Shown here in pieces: positions 52,001-52,887 of a DNA stretch of 64,000 nucleotides (the first letter of the stretch is position 1; every line of letters begins with the position of its first letter). The stretch spans positions 12,255 to 76,254 of the forward strand of contig JAHLMN010000005.1 in NCBI GenBank assembly GCA_018920345.1, in the 5' to 3' direction. The notes below the pieces were generated by a model. The model ran no database searches. It was not told where the DNA came from and worked only from the letters and a program-made list of their open reading frames with translations. Position numbers and translations under genes: made by a program. This DNA comes from Candidatus Aenigmatarchaeota archaeon (GTDB taxonomy: Archaea; Aenigmatarchaeota; Aenigmatarchaeia; CG10238-14).

Positions 52001-52841
52001 CTTCATAAGGCCTTGTAAAGATGAAGAAATGTTTAAGCTATATCCACAATTTGGCCTGAAGAGAGAGGATGCAAGAGGATTCAAGACAAACATAATAATA
52101 GTTAAAGATCCTAACATGAAGCTAAACTTGAAAGAATATATGAAACCGGGTGAAATAACAGTATTTGTTATGAACAAACTTTCCATGGCTGAAATAGATA
52201 CACTAATAAGAGCATCTATACAAGAGATATTCGACATGAACTTGCCAGAATCAAAACAATTAAAGCTTTTAATGGTTTACGATGAAGTTCACAGATTATT
52301 GCCTAAATATGGAGGTAAAGGTGGTTTCGTAGCTCTAGAAAGAGGTGCAAGAGAATTCAGAAAGTGGGGTGTTGGCTTATATATGATATCACAAGTACTT
52401 ATGGACTTTAGAGGAGCAATTAGAGCTAACATTGGTACAGAAATACAAATGAGAACAAAGTACGAAGGTGATATCAATAGAGTAAAGACAAAGTACGGCG
52501 CTGATTATGCTGCTAGGATAACAAAACTTACTACTGGTACTGGATTGGTGCAAAATCCAGAATACAATGAAGGTAAACCATGGTTCGTTGCATTTAGACC
52601 ACTATTGCATGATACACACAGACTAACAGATGAAGAATTAGCTGAATATGATGCAACACAACAAAAGATTAAAGAAGCTGATGATAGAATTGCAAAACTA
52701 AAGGCAAGAAAGATAGATACTTATGATGTTGAGCTAGAGCTTAACATAGCTAAAGATAAGATGAAACAAGGAATGTTTAAGATGGCTCAAACATATCTAG
52801 AATCTGTTGATAGTAGACTAAAGGCATTAGAGAAGAGATAA
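19062..52841 (+). CDS. Giant (11,259 aa) membrane-anchored, heavily N-glycosylatable surface protein with C-terminal cytoplasmic FtsK/HerA-superfamily ATPase domain
   Basis: Single uninterrupted ORF. N-terminal TM segments. Extracellular tandem modules carry conserved GGWGE, QKWK, CYKD and WYN[IV]T motifs. CARDB-like domains near the C-terminus. TM at ATSWITYLVVLIIAPAAAVGY, followed by positively charged residues. Walker A GGTGSGKT, DEVH box, and a RGAREFRKWGVGLYMISQ motif typical of COG0433/DUF87 ATPases. Confidence 0.85.
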   Translation: MSNQKFNKSQVSLALAMPIFFLPILVILPLYLALSLLVLYIAFINLSKKSETGQSQLLASLIVLLITSTLVIATNSTITNNTITGMFTEVMPEEIEKTAQIEVWANTFIETSEENNLIKARLLMDNGSFVSGQEILSYFNDQVQNIQITDNDGYAYFDKNITKLEYKGNQSLYLNPSFIEINYTQTLTRQDFLTVFTDKQFYESNETVNVFGYVSINGSVEVEIIVEKDSQVYKTQTISAENGSYNYNFIVDFTEQGVYTIKVRSIGLINTTAFEYRLPKKLRIEATAFAENIGKTKLKSIIVNGSVFSGDTKIPALIKVKIYNVNGELVLQSQKQIVNNFFFNFTHLPKTYGKYYAEINAETELGNVSETIYFDVLKHLVLKPLIKQEKFNYELGEKIRFQVDAVDEDGNIYSDVNVSAFVVDPDGNVTEANVIADETLPGRFYVELDTEREFRPGVHKLKVRLNYISPNPGEVVVEEEVEFAVGLINVNTDKSIYLPGDKAKITIGVLNNEGKRAYDATVIMNIITPSGEIFTYNSYNGDFSTDEIDGSLALLYDVNETGNYSIDVLAYGSNFSVNYQTFFETRNYVDFDIQRKVKTLIDIGHPNTAEIKIKSNVNANNVTLIEKLPNSFLEITAYGARIERKENETWIIWSFNKLNENDEKTLKYSFTTPDVNPAIYLAGPLTVYYNDSFVFEESKPWTFIVVDVVYYFFKFMPYYYRTNNVTDSVQHIVFNSFDEYRDPVIMCRNHENYSLNVLLTDEADDDNGIIQQWELQIYDGSWKAITTNGVAGFYIMSGETNPVSGSGVGTTDTCTSNFGVAGGDKCEWGEHFRWNITINKTAPLGLTKIRVLPKTRTQGPMFNTNEFYAYIIDCQDINLVRPIKIFGPSGEPIDKISRGHIAKIVIPLANYNSSLKKANISIDIKDSTGNSVDWFIEEGKVQTVSIPGTLTRPNWSEKIVVYTVYVPDEVQATTYSIYVNITSDQVVVQHAKTFTVYTDEGGTSNDIVLFTSTPRKLGANCEDTGGQTTGCGTGHASVCADGDGQPCYKNFREIYVCNYGDYNLTVNITDFTAGSNVYFTTETDGPMAVPQPDYNSTGEVRWYNVKINTSSCFMAEIPYRPTDDTGEETFILQAEWIDPVTGESQMVTNKHISLISATTGTQSPTITTILNRTTVYPNEQLPLRVIAKLGGSEGFAAIDGAATHTVVHYVELYIPPGFERPTNFRVVDNNGATIRATSPDPGYPIGSPEEGWVVKFSPYSIGGTVIRFAAAATQSVGNINHYVDFVTTVLPENNITPGGKVFYTTYVGWMRQNKDYLFKTDRNVLSVLSPFIKTVRYYNTTINNEEKGFPSSNMCQPFSVKLQVFNKGNLPATNFNVTENKYNHSVTHWNDLQFSNFNPSANVYSSNGIIWGNNNINFIPTGKDNSLNYTYIITVPYQTNGTFVFKALTRNMTYIFYDKNYTSLISCGASLIVSEPIIKKGEITNPPIYAGDIFNISSTIYNDGPGNASNVIAIINYTANFDVRNFTNHNSNITYLGNIQSKESKVAHIDYTYTVNTTGVLPGTYTFCIIANATENATKVAACKDVTIQAPPATIELENPLIISKETGSSSGSWGYNFTFNISVRVSNSDTDVSICSYFSKTGNEPWIQVGECQNYPAPGQSIGQWQNFTYEFDPSCNDIGQIVFVKFNATNNAGTSNSTQTTFSITKDKIAFENLIGNNTETRRGKTATLLAIRTRDANGTLVTNLPLTFFVTLDGTIYDSGYSTTTNASAYANYYFQASCSPKYQVGLQKVKIVLANNECYQDNNTESYYNIYTNVTGDIILSFVRPDGSVNYTQEQEIPFLGAVTDDCNDPITATIKYFINQSSSSIECEDISQVGSNAFTCDLPTTINTPMGWYNTSMYANKLQHYNNYTNNLGNPGLFYLFPIKKLLQPSAYPTTEGWGYPNWNFSINVSSGDSENVLLASLYMAQYWPPTYPCPSNICLNQTPLECANCIGSVKYWYRNFTAYEQGIWYYQFKLDGTQTDQVISVTVEKDDTNITYGGEGNLTTVIKDVQPQYLSARVYDLDRQTYNVTSPSATVTFKLYNSNYPDGYIILGSALTNETGYARFLFNITNCYGFYEGTQLWTAEINSSEPYYKPSQMGNGTITIQLPGCQPQIDVEQILTPKEVFSGRNFTVNATITSWVASAENVYATIYLPAGWQVDQAIKSLGTVNVGEHVRISWNVNATTDGVENITVYVNSTNANNDVIYSNKIISYKPITSSIIETLPKIIQPSQSQIFSFLCEAGDYRIANITTNWNGTNTKAKLYSYNGTTWIDIGERYLNETKIEFIPILQHQINSNETGYCLIKIQNIGDNYINISNIQFSAYYNETIKIQDINTTVFGNQITGIEPNQKLNVTVKVANSGQGQTGILWLNITGPTGLVNYSSQNINIPNGISFFNINDIDTSTWQEGTYSIKAFVDYGNKTERIELLELRQIQARIHAYNWMCNSSTEDLSVDIYHPFNDDIQYNISLQVPSGWQYSPVYQLINASTKGNYTANFTITSGNTAEVALINASIVYNYPQEKSLQVTKQIISNSIAILEVIREMPKYVGNDKVFDAQLVIHNKGCAPTTGTTTVSEQISAGWIPANPFIKKNEYGDNIELISTQVDLIKNKVTWNLGQIGVNEYAVLTYQIKAPVDTAREGQFTWNVSWDGKSLRERDPYNVQTANYSNEAHLEFDLEALQQEAYPWVEPRSAQLNRNYEYALKVTNVGDKNATDWTITLYVPEACDVKAIKNSGSWNSTSRKISWSLPEIETYESTYLNFTLNCTIEGKKILIAEALKDERQQIAFTNDTSISCYGQECLIEQPFTFTKPVNARYETLSALNMLVNYDWSGFRNTIGEGKITFTDDLGNYYTLWQNYSHDSTSSSLWQNYTILENEKYVSPTRKIKIEGYADATDDALTNVTINKINYVWNVGKYFQEPQELFIKTKIYTYKPLLENATLYINGNSSRIIGGWGETFNFSVMLRDRFGRDVTVYAWHKKGAGEYSLIGSWTCYSCLEWNQANFSYDYIGSDISSWEFKFNATNADGTSTLNGYPYTVEADDINVDFAYPTYNMTVNRSGTSNFVILVYDRDNQTSPAYLMPGETDEGKGRIYISKFGSNTTFDLSPSLSANSTGHVVRQMSNIIPQWCLVSDYYLGQNYWKGGIEGAVTYKNNATGIYPFMLVGDLSNSYLTQPNNKNFTRGSTINLDGVIKDDCNDVKTDSARFGAEYILTHESTEYRITASLTSASFEIPLDAPLGWYNITMISFSEGIDNDKYWNGTYFKQNAFFLASIPQLNNVQVQPYPKGSWETKPFNFSVYITNIDNETVFARLWFKNQTDDWFLQNTTTCSNCDNYYFLTQHNFTCYNIGEWKAQFNATSATSFSNLTTTITFNITKSDISILHSSGNNTIVNRSDDEPANTRELSVQIFNLVTNKNETAISTSDVYTWVYDGSTYIEQLETANTSHYYFNFNPSCSYQVGKQKWKVNTTSSCYSTNTSEEFYIDIYGSLNNTLILPDGSTNYTQNDQILLLGQITDDCSQPVLNANVRFKLQSGSNIYYCPSSGYITNTTGNYYSCVWDSSGKPGGFYNITMESNKAYHNNGTDYLQNAFFLITPVQLISPQVSYPGDGSWGELHNFTVFVTHYAPANVCLLERTPTTQWQVTECKYVENPQNTFVNFTRYYTCDEYQASALRYFVFNASEPGVAATYSNTTEQSHVLVKNDITITYVYGNESFVNRNGANTTKFILFVNDTDRNQPAYYLLGASVKPQVWFRVHNATSYLVDGYNSTNTSGYVEYNFNPSCSYEAGKFKWQGYTSSDSCYKDYSAEEYNVTIIGDLVANVTYPDGITYFRNLELYIPINGTVIDECNLHYNENATVNFTAISVGFGTEYQCLPVDNAGTGKYNCTLNATTIEEGWYNVRMNATNVQYYNNATILASNKFRVIQQWVPPILENATVLPEQDWGWGENFTFIVNVSDLNAQDINVSLWLSPDNQTWQYISSQICYNCGSKKQLTFYYKGFNCDAIPKYYFKFNASDQYNKTEIAGIEFPITKNDVEVRYVDFAVGNNSVVNRNEYTMLRLRLYDTDNKSYLPANVNGRIFVTTNYVDFDLGNANITDEQGYLSYYFQPNCNYLAGVQKWKGGTYEDACYKDSNITDYLQTTIIGWLNNTIIEPNGDVYYSNQNVTIVTNVSDECFLPITDASVVFMLNHSSNYYQCLDVSSNNGWYNCTWNISNNPSGWYSIRMNSTRQYYNNATTYSEQSFFHQVDPQLKAAFVTPNSTWWGSTFAFKVNVTDDDDYVNVSLWIRCVGGNITPNGCSPDSEFSLANTTNVYDYINNQVMLTKKFADGVNIGNYEWFINASDNYGGFANTGIYTFNVTKRPVYLVYVSGNETNVSRIGANTTLVRVRLFRVGADGGNDEPLNGLSVNFWFTQDGSTWSNTPRSNTTGQSGPGYAEFAFNPSCPATDGGIDFFKTGRQWWNATFSSNTEPGIYYYANTSTNFTLYINSTLNVKIIKPDGEYYPVGTNIYTLANVSDECEYVSQASVQLSVSGESISCSNNTGDANGQYSCILLTSVLGTGDYNEEATATKNYYDSAYTFKPNAFKIRYSPQLSNQQVTPTTEGWGYNFTFNVSAQDSDPGDYLNISLWKSYGGEWIKVEQKNCDSCLSQQTLFFHPIFSCEDYINGPVVRFKFNATDSYGLKAETPNITLTFEKDDVLFTILQGSGATINRSDENDNNAYNFVVIVNDTDRRNVTVNSSEEPDQTITGYFVFSKEPISPTFDSGHSNTTVNGYLSYYFNPDCNYKTGLQYWKVNISGNTCYKDTELTEYQTFNIIGQLKTNLYLPQKYSEFNVTDNITFKFNTYSDCYLQGAEDNGNISVDTSSLRLNETFYCTPIQQELAGNYNCTWDSTGKPQGNYTVNITVEKLNYNFNTSYYIDWFYLKNRMPNVTEMNVTPYSSGWGDTYTYRAEIFDEENDTVTCSLYTNTTGQWVYKGSNTINTPGNCSITVNDFSCDEQGQASFMFEINDTFTRFNTSVVLGPIIAKDNVSVTHILGNNSYVNRSGDQYTTFILNITDTTKKVKAQNANTTIWITTDGSNYQSWFDLKSNETGHVIFKFNPNCSSPTYSLGKQYWLGGVRNDVCYNEANTTENFTVNILGDLQLFINQPKGEKYLRTNYPDGSYVIIKANISDDCLLPITNAQVNFTSEKGLTKKYCNPIYNEGDSNYNCTIDTTTYQAGAWNLTMNASLINYNYNTTTYVYQPNQKGYWVETKPVIEPYLPITPIPAGDGGWGEYWLFRTNVTDEDLDTLTLRLWINSTSEPETWTFKASNNSVSGINQTVFFNVTFTSTFANKHFKFKYNVSENVIDFIQNINETGNGTFYLDKDDTFVQYIEGNNTVVNRSAPISVSNFTMTVRLWDADKYDTTIGNRRIRFWMTTDNAENWVVVSPAALRTNGTGEQPSSAGWGYASNISHPGCNFAVGPQKWKAEIYNEDPYKSSNSSISFFTIIASQLQSKVISPKNKTILKGIEDLVIKGNVSDDCGLVANASVTITVIDSSGTVRGVCKPNDPFNPTLDESNGIYNCTFPASQIYSEDWPTGWYNVTINATKQYYNDSVTYVEQSSFRISTAPELSNAIVTSEEGSNVGGWGELWQFSVDIIDPDNDNSTVYLWLNLTGDWVLYNQTYWRNGIDPSTITFYNTFNCTGLADLGTKFFKFNASDNYGYKDEITNSFTLQPDDTEVYVTATNGQSINREGPNELELSAWILDIDRDYIPVGEGVNTRIRITTNASDPNSWSDYETQTNSSGYTKRIIDPDCTYSVGIQTWRAEVYNDVCYKTAYDQDTITVLGSIYNSLLAPDQYSSYPTGTPVAINYSTTSDCTNVRSDETPYINVTPTIELSLTGANWEQCSPITNNYGIYNCTWNSSYKQPGYWDIKLTSNKQYYNTKQTVYQDWFEIYNANPTNTSTPTVTPTIGGWGTVYNYSVQLLDTDGDPITCVLYTSTDDGNTWVKQGQQLIGSVGTCSFLVKNFNCNATYTDVGSDNWFKFEITDGYHTPFNISSEPGPIIEKNNITITLFAGNNSVVNRTGNDFTILRVFVNDTTKGWPVGNATSGNATIKFNITYNGISYLLEGSNTTYRGNVTYRFNPSCSYYVGDQKWIAYKQGEIGGDQCYNDASSEVFNLTITGNLINVIQKPSGEKYNRGEVNVTIRGNVTTDCPSLDGLISTALVNYTIIHVGTQNTYSCTEGTFTNEGNGYYNCSFDTTSKPTQWYNIRMNSSGFQYYTPNTTTKTNAFFISTIPNLTNPTTTPLSGGWGAPHTFSVYIKDDDNDVNNVSLWIRCVGGGCNPTNFWLAKTTLITASSSPQQVQFTKTDFTPADIGNWEYFFNASDGLNSANTSINTFTITKDTINLTLVAGNEAVINRSTTETATLRVKVFDVDRNVALSPGEPGTGYFYVTTDPNNPNSYVIDKTLTSIEGGSYLTDIFPTLARCTYGVGPQKWKVEFGSDAYQATNSSEFLINITTHEIILQIIGPNNQTFRRARDPIPLVAQANDDCGGLIGATTFFKAYPEYSWTTCNSPTDNLNGTYNCTLYSPETAGLTYYNLEFNATKQYYNSSSNAYKQDAFVLVTNPEIIAYTPVTSDTVYPNGWSEVWNFTASVRDIDQNVYNFEKLNISLWIDFGSGYQLVNSTICSATDNPNCASWKTITFLFRNFTCGDIGIKSYKWNVTDVWNYTNETTATLTVDKSDVIIEFVDQPSYIYRADTSTGKFVYRVYDTDKGQYVTNTSTNTMMWITTDGSTYDNGRFVQINSSGYAVYEFDPDCNYRYGMQKWIAGVYEDACYKNKNLSFTPQFEVRVQLQNNLLVPVYNSIYNVTDMILVRFNTTTECSAEGLIGNATTTISLQSPLGVWETCTPINNEYNGWYNCTWNSTHKKEGYWSIMLNSTKTPYFAQNSTVYSNWFWLENLNSSYDNITLTPTIGGWSRLYNYTIDIDDPEREDINCSLFISKDNQLTWEYKGSYLLQNGLGTCFVTVHDFTCEDIGKEIFYKWQVVNGEPANAYNTSAYKGPNITESLVQVQLSQGNNTFINRTFQTKPLIVRIFDIENQSYVYNANTSFWITYDYSNYLLVNKTQTDYNGYALYSFTPSCIYQVGTQNWKAGIEDDKCYSDVNSTDYLVHVNGTLFNTILQPSGQEFLRGDNITIKANVSSDCQNEVMNESVYLELTTVKDLQSLQCTPVLNENTGVYNCTFNTSSYAARWWNITAYSNKIGYNSNYTTKINAFWVETKPELNNPTVMPLGDGGWGETWIFTVNFTDEDLDPNTVRLWVNKSSGWSNANTTIVSGINQTITFVQVNLFTSSDYINSLNNLTKFYFRTQDEIIPTENDTAETPQINITLQKDDVYINHTYGNNTVVNRSGGSLFFRVRMWDTDRVPWDDLPSGSKGRFWFTKDGNTFVNTIDKFANSSGEIAHLQALDCSFQVGPQKWFAELYGNTPYKDTNSSIFNWTIVTVGLTANITDPDGIPRLRGIDDIVLRARVTDDCGGVPNATVIFHVPDENYDCTNVYYEGNGYYNCTIPAATTASWNTGWHDVTVDVSKQYYNGTFVEKTNAFYLATKPEILLTPPPAAIPEQDGGWGEDWLFTAITQDTDGDSYNVSLWFNLTGNWQLVDSVIVSGPQQVDFPGKTFSCDDIGERQFMFKVTDVWGYENNYTSPFTIYKDDTIIDYVAGAGTQVNREYDDIEPIIVQISDFDRDGIYVGSNVNGSFFITTDGSNYIQAAANKTDTSSLLSYYFNPNCTFNVGIQKWKAGTYNDRCYKDNIPDYGFTIEITGQLKNNLIKPNYGEIIAVGNLVNTTFQVLDECGFAVNDSNGKIEFGSPTNSFEQCLPITDQGNSIYNCTWNTSFHMGGYWDIRLNSSKQYYYSNSTLLNDWIYLLNTPPAYENLSVTPTSEGWGRNFSFSVDVDDLQYDNVTCTLFVSTDNGLTWKNKGNYTVYGGRGKCIVNVSDFDCGDIGNDNRYLFQLYDGTNLINTTNNTNLIIEPNDVEIIYISGNNTFVNRSGNQYTTFVVQVHDLDANTYPKDVNMSVFVTVDKTNYLINSTPRSDINGMLYYNFNPSCTFNELGMQYWLIGADNNVCYKSVNTTQNYTVNIIGDILNRLTTPSGQDFLRGEDNITFTIETSDDCAAPVDNANINLTLISEYGNTYSCEPIDEFGGGIYYCTKNTSGMRARWYNVSVNTSKEFFNTNVSLHVRPFFIKTMPIVQNLTITPAQDWGWGEKYIFTANVTDEDLDTVYVNLYYTPVGFDDWVQINSTTITSPFNTTVTLTYQGFTCSDIDYEQEFEFTVLDNRSYLVNSTVREPWKKKFNLTKDDVQIIYEAGNGEEVWRNGTDSRRLSIRVYDTDKGSYPGSGYNGMFWVTTNYAQFDIGKATTTNSSSFLNYYFTSEAPQPECDYLTGVQKWKAGIYDDACYKDTNSTNYTITIKSELRPQIDYPYGQGFIRPNPVPFIARIYDDCGLVSGATTTWTAYNGPNEYGCTNKTEANGWYNCTWPSANRPYGYYNLQFAATKNYYAPNNTYRANAYFLGTLPQLSDPKILNNHYLGGWGETYEFSVKLTDFDLNTNNVSVWKSFDAQNWTLVASQNVSNAVNQQIIFPVKFNCSDMGFNYFYFTSVDQFGYSTNTTILNFTLEADNVTLSIGLINTTVRRIGEQQALLNFTIYDDDYGRYAPNALGNINITLDYSNYSYVFNCTTNERGQCYIYYNPNCSSLAGVQSWIGKTVDSCYQIKETSPTSLAVIGQLNTSILNPYNGQILNRNQNASLNTIILDECFNEVSGATALWYNETWSNIASGYNTNWIIPTYYELGPETIYLNVSKTYYDPNSNKTNVYIYGWSGISILNPLDSSFYLAGTSVNVKCKVIDLNTTMPLQSYMVKFYKNGTLMDTQPTNSDGEAFWLWQTMTENYGWYNITCSIDDNTVMYYNASIPRATSLVEIKRPLIIQSIDKSSPFVYRNDSFVPNNVNITVRIKDALIGDAENANVTFYNSTGLIDWCLTNSTGQCFITFNPADTITPNIYTIYVNATKVGLQDSVTNTTTIEVKGKLFVNISSPLNNSFWARTDNIALIASVYDEAGQETTATVRWFNETAQVASGENSNWYLIEQTTGNHTLTVNATRDYYDKGEQTIIITISSLSDVQWIYPNDGSIMPYPDAFNTLCRVIDSSTGTPIPNYMVQFWYNYTPGYIFNGTLYTNASGIATNTWQPPQKGQVMFRCNITNDYEKLYTANIKEAFALITIRDIRPPQINNISIQPYAGLEANLNYTNISAVITDDIAVYEAWAQITMPNSTILNLTMPNSGNTYSVLYLPPIGGNYSVRIYARDYPPESNSNNTFAGTFYVNGKTNGIITQPDNIQINGITWTSSESAELTINFTNIGPATAYAVNISFISDPLNSLILNETIHECGTVYNQSSCIFGLLVTVPAATPPSAIKLISNATWRNPDLTKSFTTEDTNFVVISNKIIDILQDNITAIAPHDKLTDLPDITVQSLGNDMITDISITTTGGNISTLCPDCELIIVPNEWGLLEAGASFVSDLRINVPRAQPPGTYWTYIKAASVETSPDLMPLYITVPLNTSWSRSPENFGLILAPPNTSGYIGEITTTSFANIRLILNAYKLQNGSQLFNIYPSAFSLDNGAVRNITVTYNIPSSFISSQGLYYAQIIITNETAMPNEYRTEFWLNVTDIPPIISNVSFVPTEFEMIYESTNISAIIRDNFAVSSAFLNITLPNSTSFTQPMNNTGSYYSTIYTSNIHGYHNISICAIDTQGLQGCTEPTPILVSGETTIRNVFNISKAVVPNITLSNGNEFAITFTTNNTGLSRAFNISVNITTPSNISSNINSTFYSLLLKNQSSSQVVEFNVSAATRPGIYKINFTNNWTNLDQTISSSLDQLEVEVLSNPRLNTTENITVYVPDGTTNNATMILQASGNDDVYNITFSCLDGVACQDFNVSFYPTFINRINLTDTDLVNISVSVPKQYMTGRYNGTILVNATNFSMVVPLYVIVPMNISWSQTPLEISKTVLGDTKGVFGEIELQNTGNAPVILEILKSGNISNYISLSESSITIPIGQTYLIKINYTVPVINQESNFTGEIIIRNTTADQQKQTSVSLYVLPYYVNITKPTEVEPIVNIAFGDVVTSYVNVTYSQTITENVTFYLRIGNESFSQAIVVDSSQFLPDMQLWQINFTAPLLPENRAYDLNVTAYYSTKNVTRSDIEYKAINYRDSIPPNITLITPLKVPAGYIAIIDALIYEEGNLKNVSGIITYPDNRTEYVNFARLKRTNNTYYYQHNITNTTLLGVYTINATTCDFSGNCANASAEFSIYPAALFHGYSKDYEAASEPVQFVNFSLYQPGVELLLFNITPNMQTGYYSALIDARSYDLQASIFNSTVLARDVEIIQDVFNPIIFGDIPSEKISLGALTGLYVESILNTTNTSIKIDYSPYISKEICKMNNDCRPALFFEEHLSLFRCNAWTRKIGCSGGWTRLDTKINTTLHFAEVEVIGNISGAYALAPYICGDGICDHGYGESPFTCPRDCELPRPVPVPPAAGGGGAGGGGGGGAAGGREVSISVPGLPYSIKSTLLFITIKPGEQEIHSIEISNNEDKEIEGQLKVEGFAWEMIMLEEPVFKVAPKTTKVIKVKVFALPTTQPGIYTADLVTTINGEQHRTPITIKVEYGPEPLLDVKIEALSKSVRPGEEAKFQVTVLNMGQTATVEDIVLNYTLRNLRTNEMISVGQETIAVEDVNTFIKSFHIPEDTPTDRYVIEVTASYWYGKKQARAAAAFDVVYLPAPLIILKALATSWITYLVVLIIAPAAAVGYRAYRYYTTMKKIKAKYIFPVDIKKLPQPGPNTILVGKVAETDINAYTDVNKLVMHSLAAGGTGSGKTVSAMVTAEELLKRDIPIIVFDPTAQWTGFIRPCKDEEMFKLYPQFGLKREDARGFKTNIIIVKDPNMKLNLKEYMKPGEITVFVMNKLSMAEIDTLIRASIQEIFDMNLPESKQLKLLMVYDEVHRLLPKYGGKGGFVALERGAREFRKWGVGLYMISQVLMDFRGAIRANIGTEIQMRTKYEGDINRVKTKYGADYAARITKLTTGTGLVQNPEYNEGKPWFVAFRPLLHDTHRLTDEELAEYDATQQKIKEADDRIAKLKARKIDTYDVELELNIAKDKMKQGMFKMAQTYLESVDSRLKALEKR
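24400..45450 (+). repeat. Intragenic array of about 20 diverged tandem ~1-kb (~330-aa) coding modules
   Basis: The conserved QKWK-type motif recurs at about nt 29580, 30565, 31545, 32562, 33558, 34527, 35580, 36597, 37590, 38617, 39612, 40580, 41562, 42522, 43488, 44478 and 45422 (period 944-1053 nt). The GGWGE-type motif recurs with the same period. Repeats are protein-level, not identical DNA. Confidence 0.7.
51760..52838 (+). other. Cytoplasmic P-loop ATPase domain (FtsK/HerA superfamily, COG0433/DUF87-like) of the giant protein
   Basis: Walker A gca gga ggt act gga tct ggt aaa aca at 51891-51917. Walker B / DEAH-like VYDEVH at 52275-52292. ALERGAREFRKWGVGLYMISQVLMDFRGAIRANIGTEIQMR resembles the HerA/DUF87 arginine-finger region. 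Confidence 0.65.
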
Positions 52842-52887
52842 AACTAAAATTTAATTTTCAAAAACATAAATCATTTAAGGCGTTAAA

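Noticed and set aside
19062-52841. Considered whether the giant ORF is a fusion of several adjacent genes created by missing stop codons.
   Set aside because: Module periodicity is continuous across the whole span. There is a single N-terminal anchor and a single C-terminal TM. No internal start or RBS-like punctuation coincides with module boundaries. Only read-level validation could fully exclude this.
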